From Styela clava (taxonomy: Eukaryota), in assembly GCF_964204865.1 (NCBI RefSeq), contig NC_135253.1:17050001-17114000 (forward strand): a stretch of 64,000 nt of DNA, written 5' to 3'. This document shows, in pieces, positions 34,950 to 48,038 of this stretch. Positions within the stretch are counted from its first letter, which is position 1; each line of letters opens with the position of its first letter. The position numbers were made by a program, and so were the translations under genes. The notes below the pieces were generated by a model, which saw only the letters and a program-made list of their open reading frames with translations, did no database searches and was not told the DNA's origin.

Positions 34950-35078
34950 TATATAAATATCGCAAGTTTTGATTCCCTTATTTCTCGGTTTTTCTCAATT
35001 TGTACTATATGACGCAATATCCTTCTAATATTGCGATTTTCATTCTTTGTTACAGGTTCACTTCAATGATTTTTTACA

Positions 35079-35440
35079 GCGCGTTTCCCCGAAAATAAGA
35101 CCTAACCTGAATTTTAAAAAGGACATTAATATAAGCCCTCCCTAAAAGACCTAGTCGATAGCGCGAAGTTTTTTGACTTAGTCGATAGCAAGAAATCTCT
35201 CCTATACGTTTTAAATGATTAATCTAAAACGTGTGAGAGAAGAAAAGGTATAATGACCTGAGGTAATGTCATTTATAAATAAATGGATATCGGTTTTCAT
35301 ATTTTGTATATATTTGAAAATCTTGTAGTTTTCTACTTTGTAATTTTGTTTTCAATAAATGAAAATAAAGTACATCCCCTAGTGTTATTTTTCGAAAGAA
35401 AATCGAAATAAGAATCTGTTTAATTTTCGGAGAAACACGG
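35079..35440. mobile_element. Tc1/pogo-like MITE, copy 2 (same family, same orientation)
   Basis: GTTTCCCCGAAAATAAGACCTA..TTTTCGGAGAAACACGG; internal sequence parallels copy 1. Confidence 0.85.
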
Positions 35441-36358
35441 TGTATGGCTACGCGAGCACGATGTACTTTTCATAGTAGTAACTTGGATAGAATTAAATCC
35501 GAAAGTCTCACTAACGATGTCCGAGTTATGGAGAACGGAACAGACGTTTCATCGATTTTCCTATCATAAAGTTATCGAGTTGAAGTCTAGTTTTGATGTT
35601 AGGTATTCCAATCGACAACGATTTTATGCATGAGAACATTCTCCAACAATGATTTATTCCGCCGGGATTACTAGTTATTATATCATTTCTACGTTCACGA
35701 AGGTTGAGAAAAACATAAAAGTTGCTGCGATCTATATCGGTGTCGACTAATTTGCTTTTAGAGTAGAAAACAGACAAACACTGAGCATTTATTAAGTTAG
35801 TGTAGAGATCCGATCTAGTTGTGGTTATCTTATGCAGAGCAGTTTTCGTGACTTCATCATTCGAAGTCACAGGAAGCTTCAATTATGCAGGAAACATTAT
35901 ACGCCATATTTTATAGCAGCTAGTAATATTGTTTCCCTGTTTTTTTCTCTGAACCAAGAAAAATTTTATATTCTGGATAAATTGAGTTTTTACCAAAGAG
36001 TAATATACAGACGATCACGATCACAATCCAGTATTTTAGCGTGTTTCTACTTTCGTAGCAGCTTGATTTGCGCCAATTCAAACTATATGACGTGCATTTA
36101 CGCGTGGTGGCGATAGCATTTGTCGATTATGATGTAATTACAATTTAAATAATTATGATGTAATTACAAGTATCATAAAACAGTTTGTTGCCCGTCGTTA
36201 TTTCCGGGAATCTAACTTTATGTGTCGCTGCTGAAGTAATGAATGCTTCATTTCAAAAGTTGAACGTCATTATTATATTTTACATTCATTGTGTTATTCG
36301 ATTTTAGAATTGCATTTTATAATTATTTAGGGCAAAGTATAGAGAATATCATACCCGG

Positions 36359-39300
36359 ATGCAAAACTATCTTGCTTATGCGGAATATGAAATGAATGAT
36401 ATAAGGATGGCGAAAGGTTCTATCATATTTGATGTGCTCAATCGTTTGCTTCAAGTTGACCTACGTACAAAAACAATATGCGTTTTAGTTGTTCTATCAT
36501 TTCTTTTTGCCACAATTGCAACATTCACCGATTTCTGGCTTTATGACATGGCGGCATGGCCTGTGCGTGTCCCTGCACCTGCGGCCATCACGTCTGATAC
36601 AAAGTCAATCAAAAATGTCTCCGAAATTGTGAATAGGCAATTCCGTTCTAATTCTGGATTGTGGAGAATTTGTTGCTCAGCAGGTCTGTTATCATTTTTA
36701 CGTAATAATTTTTGTATTACATTTTCTAAATACGGACTACAAATATTTCCTTATTTATTTCGTTTGAGCGGATAGGTACTGTTTTTTTTTTGTTCCCAGT
36801 TAGATGTAATAGTTTTGCTTTCTAATGAGTAAGTTTAAAAAATTTATAATTTCCTAAACTCGTTGAACCCATGTTACACCAAATTAACAATGATTAGCGC
36901 AAGCAGATTGAATATGTGCCTAAGGCTGAAGTCAATAGGAATTGTAGGGTTAACGTTGCAGAAATAGAATTGTAGAACTGTCGACTGTTTCCCGTGAAAC
37001 ACATTAAGCATTCGAAAAATCACAAAATATTTTAGGAGTTGATTAGTATTTATCCAATAACGCACGAATAAAGTACGAATTTTACAGATAAATGACACAC
37101 TATGGTAAATAAATAAATGATTTCCGACAGTTTACATTGAATATCTTTTTTGCCTTGCAGTTGAGTGTCGCGGACAATGCAAGGCACTGAGTGAAGTTAT
37201 GGATAATAAAGGATCAAGTACATCAGCGTACATTATTGGTAAGAGTGGAATTTCGACGAAATAATTTTCTTGTACCGTATCTACACTACAGTAGCTTTTT
37301 ACACAGTGCGAAATTTCTTTACCACGGGTAGTTTATGTTGCCAAAAAACATACTTTAGTCAATACCTAGAGACTTCGATTTGAATGGTGTATGAAGCGTC
37401 ATATTTCAATAAATTGTGAAAATTAATGTGATTATGAAATTTCGTATTTCCAAATTAAATTAGATTTTGTGTTAGCTCCTCATAATCAGGATAAATCTTC
37501 CGAGGCGGAAATATTCGGATTTTTTAATGCCAAGTGGTTCTCTGTCTGTCGGAGTAATTGACTGAATATTTTAGACACAATATACAATAAAAATTGACAA
37601 ATTATAAAAATTCAGGACAAATTTGCTACTTGCATTGTATATAGATCATTCATTTGTCGTTACTTTTTCCATATTTAATCATTGGAGGCGTGTCGCATGT
37701 TCCATGGCGCCATTTATCAAGAGCAATCGTGACGTTTCTCCTATATTTTGTAAACGCTGAAAACCATCTGTCGTCGGGTGGTGAATTCGCGAACTTAGTA
37801 ACATTTCGTGTTCATATTATTGAAAAATAAATCAGTTTCAAACGTGTGGGTGATAATCAAACTGACGTCTCAAATTGAAATTGCAATTGATCATAATAAT
37901 TTGACGAGAATGTAACTTGGAAAATCACCCTTGAGAAACGGTAATCCCAATTTCAATTGTAACGGGTAAATTGCCGTAATAAATCACCAATCGTTATTTC
38001 AACTCAAATATAATTAAGTGGACTATGTATTATGCTCCCCTGTGAGTCCTGACTAAATTATGATGGCAAATTTGCTCGGAAAACTCTGAATATATATATT
38101 ACTATAAGCTTGTTAAATCAAGTATCTGTTAGGACATTTCATGCATGATTCTACTTAACAAACTATAACGAGTCTCATTTAATCCTCAATCGTACAAGAT
38201 CTTTAGAAATTGATGGATATTATGTCAGGCCCAAATCAGATATGGAAATGATACAATTGTAATTGTACGATAATACACCTTAGCATTTTCCGATCGAAAA
38301 TTTTCATTGATTTTCTTGCAAGCGAAATAAATTTTGAAAATCCTGTACCATGGCCCATTCTAACTATTTTGAATACATTTCATTTGGATGTTTTTTTATT
38401 AATTTTAGAATAAAAAAAAAGTATTACAAAGAAAAATATTTTTTTAGCATCCATAATTTTACACAGGTACTCTCCGGGATTCGAATGCATTTCCTATCAT
38501 CAGTATGCTGCTCGTTCTATTTGGTGGAATTTTGTTCTTTGCTGGACGATTCGTTATCGAGCCTAAAAATGCGACGTCGTTAACAGCAGGAGTTTTGTTT
38601 GTACTATCTGGTGGGTAGGAGTAGCATTTGGTTGCACAAATTAAAAGTTTTGTTTTTATTAATCGGTACTCCAAACATTAGGTTAAATCACAATTTTTAA
38701 ACATTTGTAATACAGCCAATTCTTCCATGCGGACATTTATTTATTCAAAGTGATGCGATGGGTGATTTCAAAACTTATTTGATGTGTTTCACCACTCTGA
38801 AAAAGGGTCATTTGTGAAAAAAGTAAACTGAGCAAGATTATAGATATGCTGGTACCGCAATTGGTGAAAAAAAAATCGGAATGACAAGTCAAATAACACC
38901 AAAACTATTATTAACTTTAACGTTCGTATATAAAGTGCAGTTATGATAACATTTAAACATTTTTGATTTTTCGAATACGGGTATTTTTGTTACAAAACAC
39001 ATGATAAAGAATGCATATAAACAATCTCAAAGCGGTGAGGGAAATTACATTTTCAATACTATTTTTACTATTTTGTCTAATTATTCATCTATCAATTATT
39101 TTTATAGGTTTACTAAATGTTCTTGGCTTGATCATTTATATTTCAAACAACAATAAACTGAGTAAACCAGGGGATTTGCCGTCGTATGGTTGGTCCTTCT
39201 ACCTCGCTGGTTTTTCTTTCATATTATCTGAAATATCTGGAGTGATGGTCGTGCAATCCAATGTTAAAACTGTGAGTATTATATGAAATATTACAGCATA

Positions 39301-42300
39301 AAATAATGTTTATCAATGGTAATCACCACCATGAATCTACATTCTACACAGTTTACATAATTCTTGACCTTTTAGTGGTCATCTGCGATTATGTCAGTAT
39401 TTCAGAGAAGAACCTCATTTACTTCTCAGTGATTGCGTGACCTTGCTTTGAGCCAATTACTTTCTGATTTCCAGAATATCTAATCCATGTTCTTTGTAAT
39501 AGTTCTTGTGGTTTTCATTTTGCAAAAGCGACATTTCAGCTCCTAATCATATAAAAACAAAGGCACGAAATCGAATGATACTCGAGGATGATATGAAATT
39601 AGCTTTGTCAAAAACTCAACCACGAATTACGCAGTTGGTGGCTACGCAGTTTCAATGCCAGCCGTCATATTGAGTAAAATTGCAGCTTGATGAAAATGTA
39701 AATTACACAATATTTACTTTGCCGCTTATTTTATTGATAAGTATAGAAAGTGAAGCAGGGAGTCGAGAGGTATGTGTAAACCACCAAAGGGGGTCGCGAC
39801 TCGCGAGCCAAAAAAGGTTGGGAACCACTGATCTAGTAGATTACTCAGAAACTTTATTTAACAGACAATTTTGGAGTGGTATATTTTTAGGTCAAATTTA
39901 TGACCAGGTTACTTGATATCAAGCTTTCCATTCAATTCATCTGTGACATGTTTTGCCATGTTGTTTTAATGAGGTTAACGATAGTGATACCAGTACAAAT
40001 CACCAATTGAAATTTTGAAACCCAACGCCTAGAATCGGTCTGTTGAGAACCAGTCTAATACATTTGAAAAATGGTTAGGTATCAAGAGCAACCTTGCGTT
40101 GTTTTATAATATTTCCCCGTCTGTGTTTTGTCAGGACATTCATGACGACGAAAACAACCCAGACGACACTAAAATGGAATTGAACTCATGCAAATGCGAG
40201 CCTGAAATAACTACAACAACATCAATCCCGAATCAATTTCAAATTAGAGCATCACGGCCTTCAAGGTAGGTCATTTTAAAATAGAAAAAATTATCAGTTT
40301 CTATATAGAGTCTTGTTCGGTCTGCAATGGGATTTCTTTTTTCTGTAGTCGCAATAGCTAGATATATATAATGGAATATGATGCCTTCAACTTCATGACA
40401 GATTTGCCTACGCTGTCATCCGTATATAATAAAAAAAAAATGTTGTGTAATGCATGTGCAAAATTGGTATAACATTAATCCAGCAACTTTTTTATCATTG
40501 AAATTGTAGTTTATGAATTTTCCAAACAAAAAGTTAAACAAAACACAAAATAAAGGAATATGTACGAAATAAATAGAGGTTGAAAATATATTTTCCTCGT
40601 AAACATTTCGTCATCCCGGAAGCAATCAATTCTGGCATACCAAGTGTTATGTGGATAAATTTGGTATGGTCCAAATTTTTGCACGGGATTAAAAACCACA
40701 TCCTAATCAATGATTTCGATCGTCGTGGGAAGCCTAATTGAAGATCTAATTGAATACATGTTCTCGATGGCGTAATGAATAGACTGCCTTGTGCTATGCT
40801 GCTTTGTAAACACAAGAAAGTCAACTTGGATTATATGTGATAAAGATTCATATAGTTTGGGTTTCATATTTTTGTTCATTTGAATTTTGCAACTTTTGCA
40901 TTCAAATAATCACCTCCGATGTTGTTGCCCATATATACAGAACCAATTGTGTGAATTTTTTTTTATAATTACACGGAAGTTATCGGAATTTTAAATAATT
41001 TTTTTTTCTATTACCCAGCATGACGACCTTAGTTAGTTCATCGATCAAAATGTTAAAATTTGGACGAGATATTACTGACAAAGTGATGGTTGTATTTGCG
41101 GCTATGATGGTCGGATAAATTTCCCCTATTCCCTATAAAACGCGTCTTTCAACGTTGGAGATTGGTTAACCGAGACACTATGTACGATTTACGCCAACTT
41201 CTTGCTTGATAGACCGATTTGTTTCACGCTCATGAATAATAGAAGAAAACATGTCTCTCGACTGCTTGATTTGAAATTGCTGCAATCTCAGATTAAATCC
41301 CGATGAAAACGAGAGGATTTCTGTGACAAGAAAATTCGTTTATCGCTAAGCCTAGTTTCCCCGATCTACAGTACCTAGTGACGATTCCATGTACTTGTGC
41401 CAGACTTGGACGGCACCCATTTGAATATACTGTATGTTGGATGTCAAAAAGGAATCATTTGCAAATAAAGTTAATTCTGATTTTAATGAATTACGTAACG
41501 CTTGGATTGCAAATTACTTTAGTATTGATCATGTGAGAATATCGTGATACAAAAAATTATAGGACTCAGTTTTACATTAGCTGAAAAATAAGTACGTACG
41601 AGTACAAACCATAACAAGAAACCGACCAGAAATGTACACGGTGGGGTCAACATCGATGACACTGATTTTCAGACGTGAACACCTAATTTGACCGCATGGG
41701 GTCTATTTATAAATTTAAATATTACAGCAATTCAATTTTTGCCTTTGTTTTCAATATCCCTATTGTCTTGCAATGTTCCTCCATTTTATTCTTGTGCGGT
41801 GGTGACATGTTGAATATGGCCACAACTGATTTAAAATTTTGTATCATTGCGCTGAACTTTTTGAACTTAACAATCTTTTCTTGAATTATTCCGAAAAAGC
41901 CAAGTTAGGCAAAAACAATGGCCGTATTTAGGTAGATGAATTTTTGCGCAGAGCTCAAATAACAGTTTAACCAATTAACACACTTAACTAATCACTAATT
42001 GCAGCAGGGCCGCTGATGTACAATAAGTATAATCAGTATTATATTTTCACCATACCAAAAACATACACTGTACATAGAGATTGTTAAGTGAAATCGAGAA
42101 TAGACTTCAAACTGATCATCCAGTAGCAACTTTCTTTTATATTAAAACAACAATTAGTTAATAAAAATGTGCTGTCGTCATCAATGATGTTGTCCGCATG
42201 TTGTTCACGTTTGTCTGGTAAAATGAAATGAAAATATATACCGGAGTGCATTCGAAGTCTACAACCCACTTGGTTAATTTTTAAATTTTTTTTTAAAAAA

Positions 42301-45300
42301 TTCCGTAATTCACCTGATTTCGATGCTTTGACTGAGTTAACAGCATTATTGAGTTAAACCGTCAATATCGATTTCTATCAGTCTTGGTTATTAAAAATTT
42401 CAATCATTTTTCGATCAGGATCTGCCATCAGAATTCATCGATTTTTCGTTCCGTTGACCTCGATTCTCCGTTTGGAGACGACGACGCTGAAACAGAGAGT
42501 AATACATCACAAATTAAGAGGTGCGGAATAGAAATTATAACTATTCACTTTAAAATGAATTATTCTTCTGCTGGTGAAATATAAATGTAAAAAGTTTGTA
42601 GCGATGACATAGCCTATGGGGCGTCGGCTCAACCACCTCAAAAGATAGATATTATGAACTTAAAATTCGAGACCATCAACTCACCGCCAAGAGATCTGGA
42701 ACGATTTAGTCGCCTTTAACCTTAGTAGCTCCCTATCTGAGAGTGGCTGTTGATTCAAAACCTATTCAAAGTGATGGTGTGAACCGGATAGACTCCGACT
42801 CTTCCAAAAAAACAGAAACTGCTTACATATAATATAACTTCGGGGTAGAAGGCGTAAAAAATCTTCATTTATCTTTTGTGTTGTACTTGATAAATATGTG
42901 TCCGGTATAAACTCGTCCTAATTTTCCCATTCACTGACGATAGACTCCCAAGAGACATGTTTTAATCGAATAATTATGAAGTATACGAGTTTACTAATTA
43001 CAATCTATACATGATATTTATTTCTCCATTGATTATATGTAATCACCAATATGACTAAGTCATTGCACTAATTTGGTTAAGTTAAAATTAGTAACGATAT
43101 TGAATATAATTATATATATTGAATTATGAATGTCGATAATTTTGTTCGGAACCAACAGAAGTAATTACCATCGTTTCAATTTGAGTAAGACAAAGAAATA
43201 CTTTCATTAAAGAAATGTTCAATAACGGCGCCCGAGCCTCGCCATTGTTGATAAACATATCTCCGCACTCGAGTCTCTCCGTTGGCGGAATATAGTTTAT
43301 ATATATTATATATAAATATACCAAATCTTGCGCTCGGGCAAACTTTGGCCGAAATAGGATAAAAAATTACCTAATTTTCCCAATCTATAAACAGAGAACA
43401 TGAAGATTCCGACGCTTCCATCAAGCTTCGTAACTTGAATAAAAACATCCTGGACTCAACAACGACGTTACCAAATTATGGAATCTCAAACGCCAGAAGT
43501 GGGTTTTATGGACTCGATAGAATCGAGGAACAAATTCCAACTCCTAATTACGACAATGAAATGATGGAAACAACTAGCGGTTCAAGTTCAACAAAACAAA
43601 CTATTCGAGCTGATGTTGAAATTCCATCCATGTTTACCGGGAGGTCCAGATCAGATTATAAGTTGCAGTCAAATCCTAAATTCTCCATGTATGAAAATGA
43701 TCGTATGCCTATGCAAAGCAGTAAAAGTGAACATGATTCAGTGAGTAACATTTCGAGACATTTTTCTCTTGAAAGAACTCATTGCAGACCCCCTCCTCGT
43801 CGTCGACGTAACTCCGAAGATCTTGATTTAACTAGTCTGCCGTTTACTTCAGCCGAGAGCATCCAACAACCTACAATGGATTTTGTACTTCCGGCACCTC
43901 CGACTTTTGCGGGAATTAATGAGGTAAATTGTAACTTTTTCACTTCATTCGGAGATTGGTGTATCATTCTAAGGCTAAGCTAAGGGTTATAAATACGCTC
44001 CGATTATTCAGCGCGGGTAATGTGAGTTATAATTACGTATGAGAGGATTGCTAGACCATTCGACGTCGTGGGGTGGTTCACATAACCACTTGTCGGTTAC
44101 GTCATCCATCGTCACGCTCATGCATTTGAAAAGAATAGATGTCCAACTATTTGCATAACTAACATGGATTGGTAAGCGGACGAAAGACCGTGGTTCGCAA
44201 TCGCATTCCTTTACCCTGGGATAAATAGGATATTCCTATTTCACACTAAAAATTCTCAACAAGCCTCTCTGAATTTAACTAAAATAAAACACTTTTTTTT
44301 TTAAATTTTCCCGTTTTGTTTCAGGACAATGTAGGCTCTTCGTTACCACAACAATCCATAAGTATTTTTGACCAAGGCGGGGAAAACAGCGAAAACCCTA
44401 GGCCGCGAAAGCCTAGAACCCGACGTCCGATTGTACAGAGGATGAATACATTTGATACACACAGCGACTTAGATGAAAGAAATGATTTTTCAAGTAAAGC
44501 ATCACTTTCGTCGAACACCATACTAGAAGAAGAACCAGTGAAAAGGCGAAAAGGTGAGGCAAATTATTCTATCATTATAACTTCGTTGTGATAATGGCTA
44601 AATTGCATAATTGTGAACCTTCATTCTGTTATATCTCATATTCTGCTTAGCCTTATTAGACAATGTGTTCATTCAATTTCCCCCTCAAGATTTACATATC
44701 CATACATATGGGCGATCTGTACACGTGGTGAGGTTGTTGCCTTCTCAGTTAGCTATCATTTCAATTTGGTAATGGAAACAGTTCAGTCTGCTTCGAGTTT
44801 GTTTCCAGATGCATAGAAGCCCCAAATCTCATCAGTAATTCCACGCCCAACCCAGGAATTATTAAGAGTCCACCAGCAGATTTCCTCCACGAAAACCCCA
44901 AATTAAAAACTGGGATAATGTCATAAGTAATGCGATTTTGAACCTGTTTGTTCCCCGGCATGTCATGGCTTGATTCGGCCAAGCCTATTTTGGTACGCTA
45001 ATGCAATACTAATATTTGTATTTATTTATTTGAACAGTGAGTGACATTTCACTGAGGTCGCGTGTTCTCCGATCCTTACAACGATCGGGATATTCCACAT
45101 CAACCGAATCACAATCTATTCCCGCCAATTATCTAAACTGTGAGACGACATCCAGTGGTGAGCCAAACAACAGTTCATTTCGCTGCGACGCAATTGAAAA
45201 ACAAGAAGAATTGTACAACAGGCGGAGTTATTTACCCCTTTCTTTGCCAGAAGTAGCATCTTGCAGTCCGCGATCACGGTCTGGCATTTCACAGGCTAAA

Positions 45301-46509
45301 AGTTATGGCGATTCCAGCAACGAGATCGCATCATGGTGTGATCCACGACGTCGAAACGAATCAAGAGGTGATCCAAATCGCATACAGAATACGAGAAAAA
45401 TTCTGAAAGTTGATGGGGATTTATTAGGTAATTTTTGAAATTATTTCTTTATTATAATACATTTATCAGTAGTATCATTTATTGTGCAGCTTGACCGACA
45501 TATTTGTATCCTCAACATTATCCAGACGGGTTTCACGTGCACACAAACATGGTAACTTCATACCCGCAACCTCATTAGGTGAGAAAATCACGAAGGTTAC
45601 GTCAGGTCGGTTTAGCTACGTGCCGTTTAGTATGGGGCATACTCCTGGGTATTTATTCATTATATTTTCAACTGAATGAATTAAGAAACATGGACAACCG
45701 GGGACTGATAGCTAGTCCTACGATTACATAACAAAGTGACAGAAGAATTTTCGCTATATTATTCAATGTCATTATTAATGAGCCTTGTGGGTGGTAATTA
45801 TATATATATCAATTCAATGATGCTTGATGAAATGCACAAAATTCAAAACAGTTTAAAAACAGGAACAGAAATATGTCGTCCATGTCCCATAAATATATCC
45901 CTCACAATGTAGGACCTACATCGTTAATAAAGTTAGAATTTTTCAAACATCATTATAAATTGCTTTCATACGTTTCAATTCTGTATTGAATAAATTTGTG
46001 ATGTAAAACTCCCATTTGTTTTTAGAATAACAGCTATGAACTTTTCCATTTTAGATCTCCATCAAAACCGCCATTCCTATTACACACTACCTCACCCCGG
46101 TGAACCGTACCACGGAGAGAACTACTACCTGCCAACCTATTCGGATATGAACGGGAACTTGAACCTCGTTTATGGAGTTAATATGCCACCAACGTTACAA
46201 ACGAATCCACACTTTGACACGCGTTTGCCTAGATCACTATCCACCAATGCACTCAACAAACAATCAACTGATCGAAATCAACGATTCAAAAAGGCGGGAA
46301 GCGTAATTAACTTGGCTAAGAAGTTGCTATCATCCGGAAAAACGCAAAATACTTCGCGAGGTCCGGATGATCAGAGTACGACTCAGAAGCTCAAGTCGCT
46401 GCTGTCAACGATGAATCCAAAAGGAGGACAAGATAGACTCACACCAGCAAGTGTCAGCGAAAACTGTAGTGAAATTTACAACCCGATAACTGGATCGACT
46501 GCAGTGTGA
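36359..46509 (+). CDS. Stargazin/TARP (CACNG, PMP22-claudin superfamily) protein, ~848 aa; exons 36359-36683, 37161-37238, 38467-38610, 39108-39271, 40135-40265, 42419-42520, 43395-43923, 44325-44553, 45038-45427, 46055-46509
   Basis: TDFWLY, NSGLWRICC, AFPIISMLLVLFGG, AGVLFVLSGLLNVLGLIIYIS and SYGWSFYLAGFSFILSEISGV match the stargazin pattern. All ten exon phases are compatible (2547 nt). Ends in -STAV. Confidence 0.85.
39420..39830 (+). pseudogene. 3' remnant of a hAT (Buster/Charlie) transposon with the transposase C-terminus
   Basis: Translates to HIKTKARNRMILEDDMKLALSKTQPRITQLVATQFQCQPSY*, a Buster/ZBED5-type C-terminus. Followed by TIR AAAAGGTTGGGAACCACTG and Charlie-type flank ATCTAGTA. 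Confidence 0.8.
43973..44240 (+). mobile_element. Degenerate SINE-like repeat in a TARP intron
   Basis: GC-richer ~270-bp segment partly similar to 30757-30797. SINE assignment is pattern-based only. Confidence 0.45.
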
Positions 46510-47018
46510 CTTTTCAATAGCACGAATTTGAATTTTTTTACATATGACTCATATTCTGGATTCCAGTTGAATTCTCGACTTGATTGTAATTTTTCCTACG
46601 TTCAGGGGAAAGCATATTTATCATGTGCTTAACCAACGGTCGGGCTCGATTTTAAGTAACGAGATTTCTTTTGTATCGAAGTCATTCATTAACAACGGGT
46701 TCCCACATTTCGGAAATGTATGTATGTCACTGCGTAAGCTACTATGACATGGAACGCTTAGCATAAATTGAATATATAACCTTTAAAACGTTAAATATAA
46801 CGCCGGTCGTCAACTGTGGTGCATCAAAAACAAGGACAGGTTCTTGCGAAACCCCTGGATCCCACCACTGTGCATAACAAACACTTCAATTATAATCGTG
46901 GTTGTGCGAATCAATCCTGTCTTCGATATTATTAATATCTTAGAATATTCATTTTATTCAGAAAGATTTAATAGATAACACCAATGAAAGATGTTCGATT
47001 TTTCTGAGGCCTAATATA

Positions 47019-47168
47019 TAGGGTGTCCATACGATATATATTAATTTTATTAAATCGCAAAGGGAATTTATCCATACCATATATATATTGCTTTGGCCAT
47101 CACAGATGTATTAAATGGAGTTAAAATACTTAATTTGAATTGTAAAGGGACTTTATGGACAACCTTTA
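47019..47168. mobile_element. Tc1/mariner-like MITE in the TARP 3' region
   Basis: Inverted ends TA|TAGGGTGTCCATA..TATGGACAACCTTTA|TA. Confidence 0.6.
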
Positions 47169-47824
47169 TATTTAAGTCAGCGAGGATATTTTAATATAGT
47201 GTTTTCACCACGTATTAGTAATAATTACGAATTGCCAGTTACGTGGCTTCCAAATTAGCCCCACCCTGGTACTTGGCATTTACTGTATATATGCCATATC
47301 ATCAGCGAATTTTTGTTACTGTGTAATATTGTCCTATTGAATTTCCTATGTTTTGCTATTTAGAAGTATGTCAGTATACCTTAATATCATTTGGCGTTGA
47401 ATTTCTTGGCGTGGGAGCTTTCGTGTTATGTAATAATACAATAAGAATTAACTATACGCGTTGAAGAATAAAGCAAGTAATATATATCTATATCCATCAT
47501 AAAAGGTTACGATTAAAGGTTTGAATAAAAACAACAACAATATTTTATATGATGATTATTTACGCCTTTCAAACAAGGCAAGCGGTGTATTGAACGACAT
47601 CGCTATTATTTTTGAATGCAACAAAATCTTTCGGTTCGGCATATCCTACCCAATTTATTACATCCTTTATTACATAAGCTGAAGCAAGAATTTGAAAGCG
47701 AGAGAAATGTAAAAATTTGCGATGTCAACGCAGTTAAGTTCCTTTCTACCGCAATTATCTTTTTATGAACATGAAGGTTGCGCATCGGTACGGTTGGGAG
47801 CAGCTATACTCAGGCTAAAAAAGC

Positions 47825-48038
47825 GTCGCTCCAGATGTGTGTGTACCAATATGGAGGTAACTAATTTTGTTCGCCCACTTTACATCAAGTTGTGTAAAGG
47901 GACGGAGACCTTTGGGTAGCGGTTATCTTCACTTGGCTAACACAAACAGTCCCCGAACTCGTAATAGAACTAAAATAATGAAAATCGGGATGAAATTATG
48001 GCCAAACCCTAACCTGGTACACATACTATGGGAGCACC
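47825..48038 (-). mobile_element. Family-A MITE, reverse orientation
   Basis: Reverse complement of the family-A body. TSD AAAAAAGC/AAAAAATC (7/8). Confidence 0.88.

Noticed and set aside
35526-35882. 118-aa minus-strand ORF
   Set aside because: TTG start, no recognisable motif and no clear splice link to the neighbouring gene.
40560-40900. Cys-rich fragments reminiscent of a piggyBac C-terminus
   Set aside because: Too degenerate; no TTAA-flanked ends identified.
44749-44925. Possible extra TARP exon
   Set aside because: Entering in the required phase 1 hits a stop. The 44553->45038 junction preserves the frame without it.
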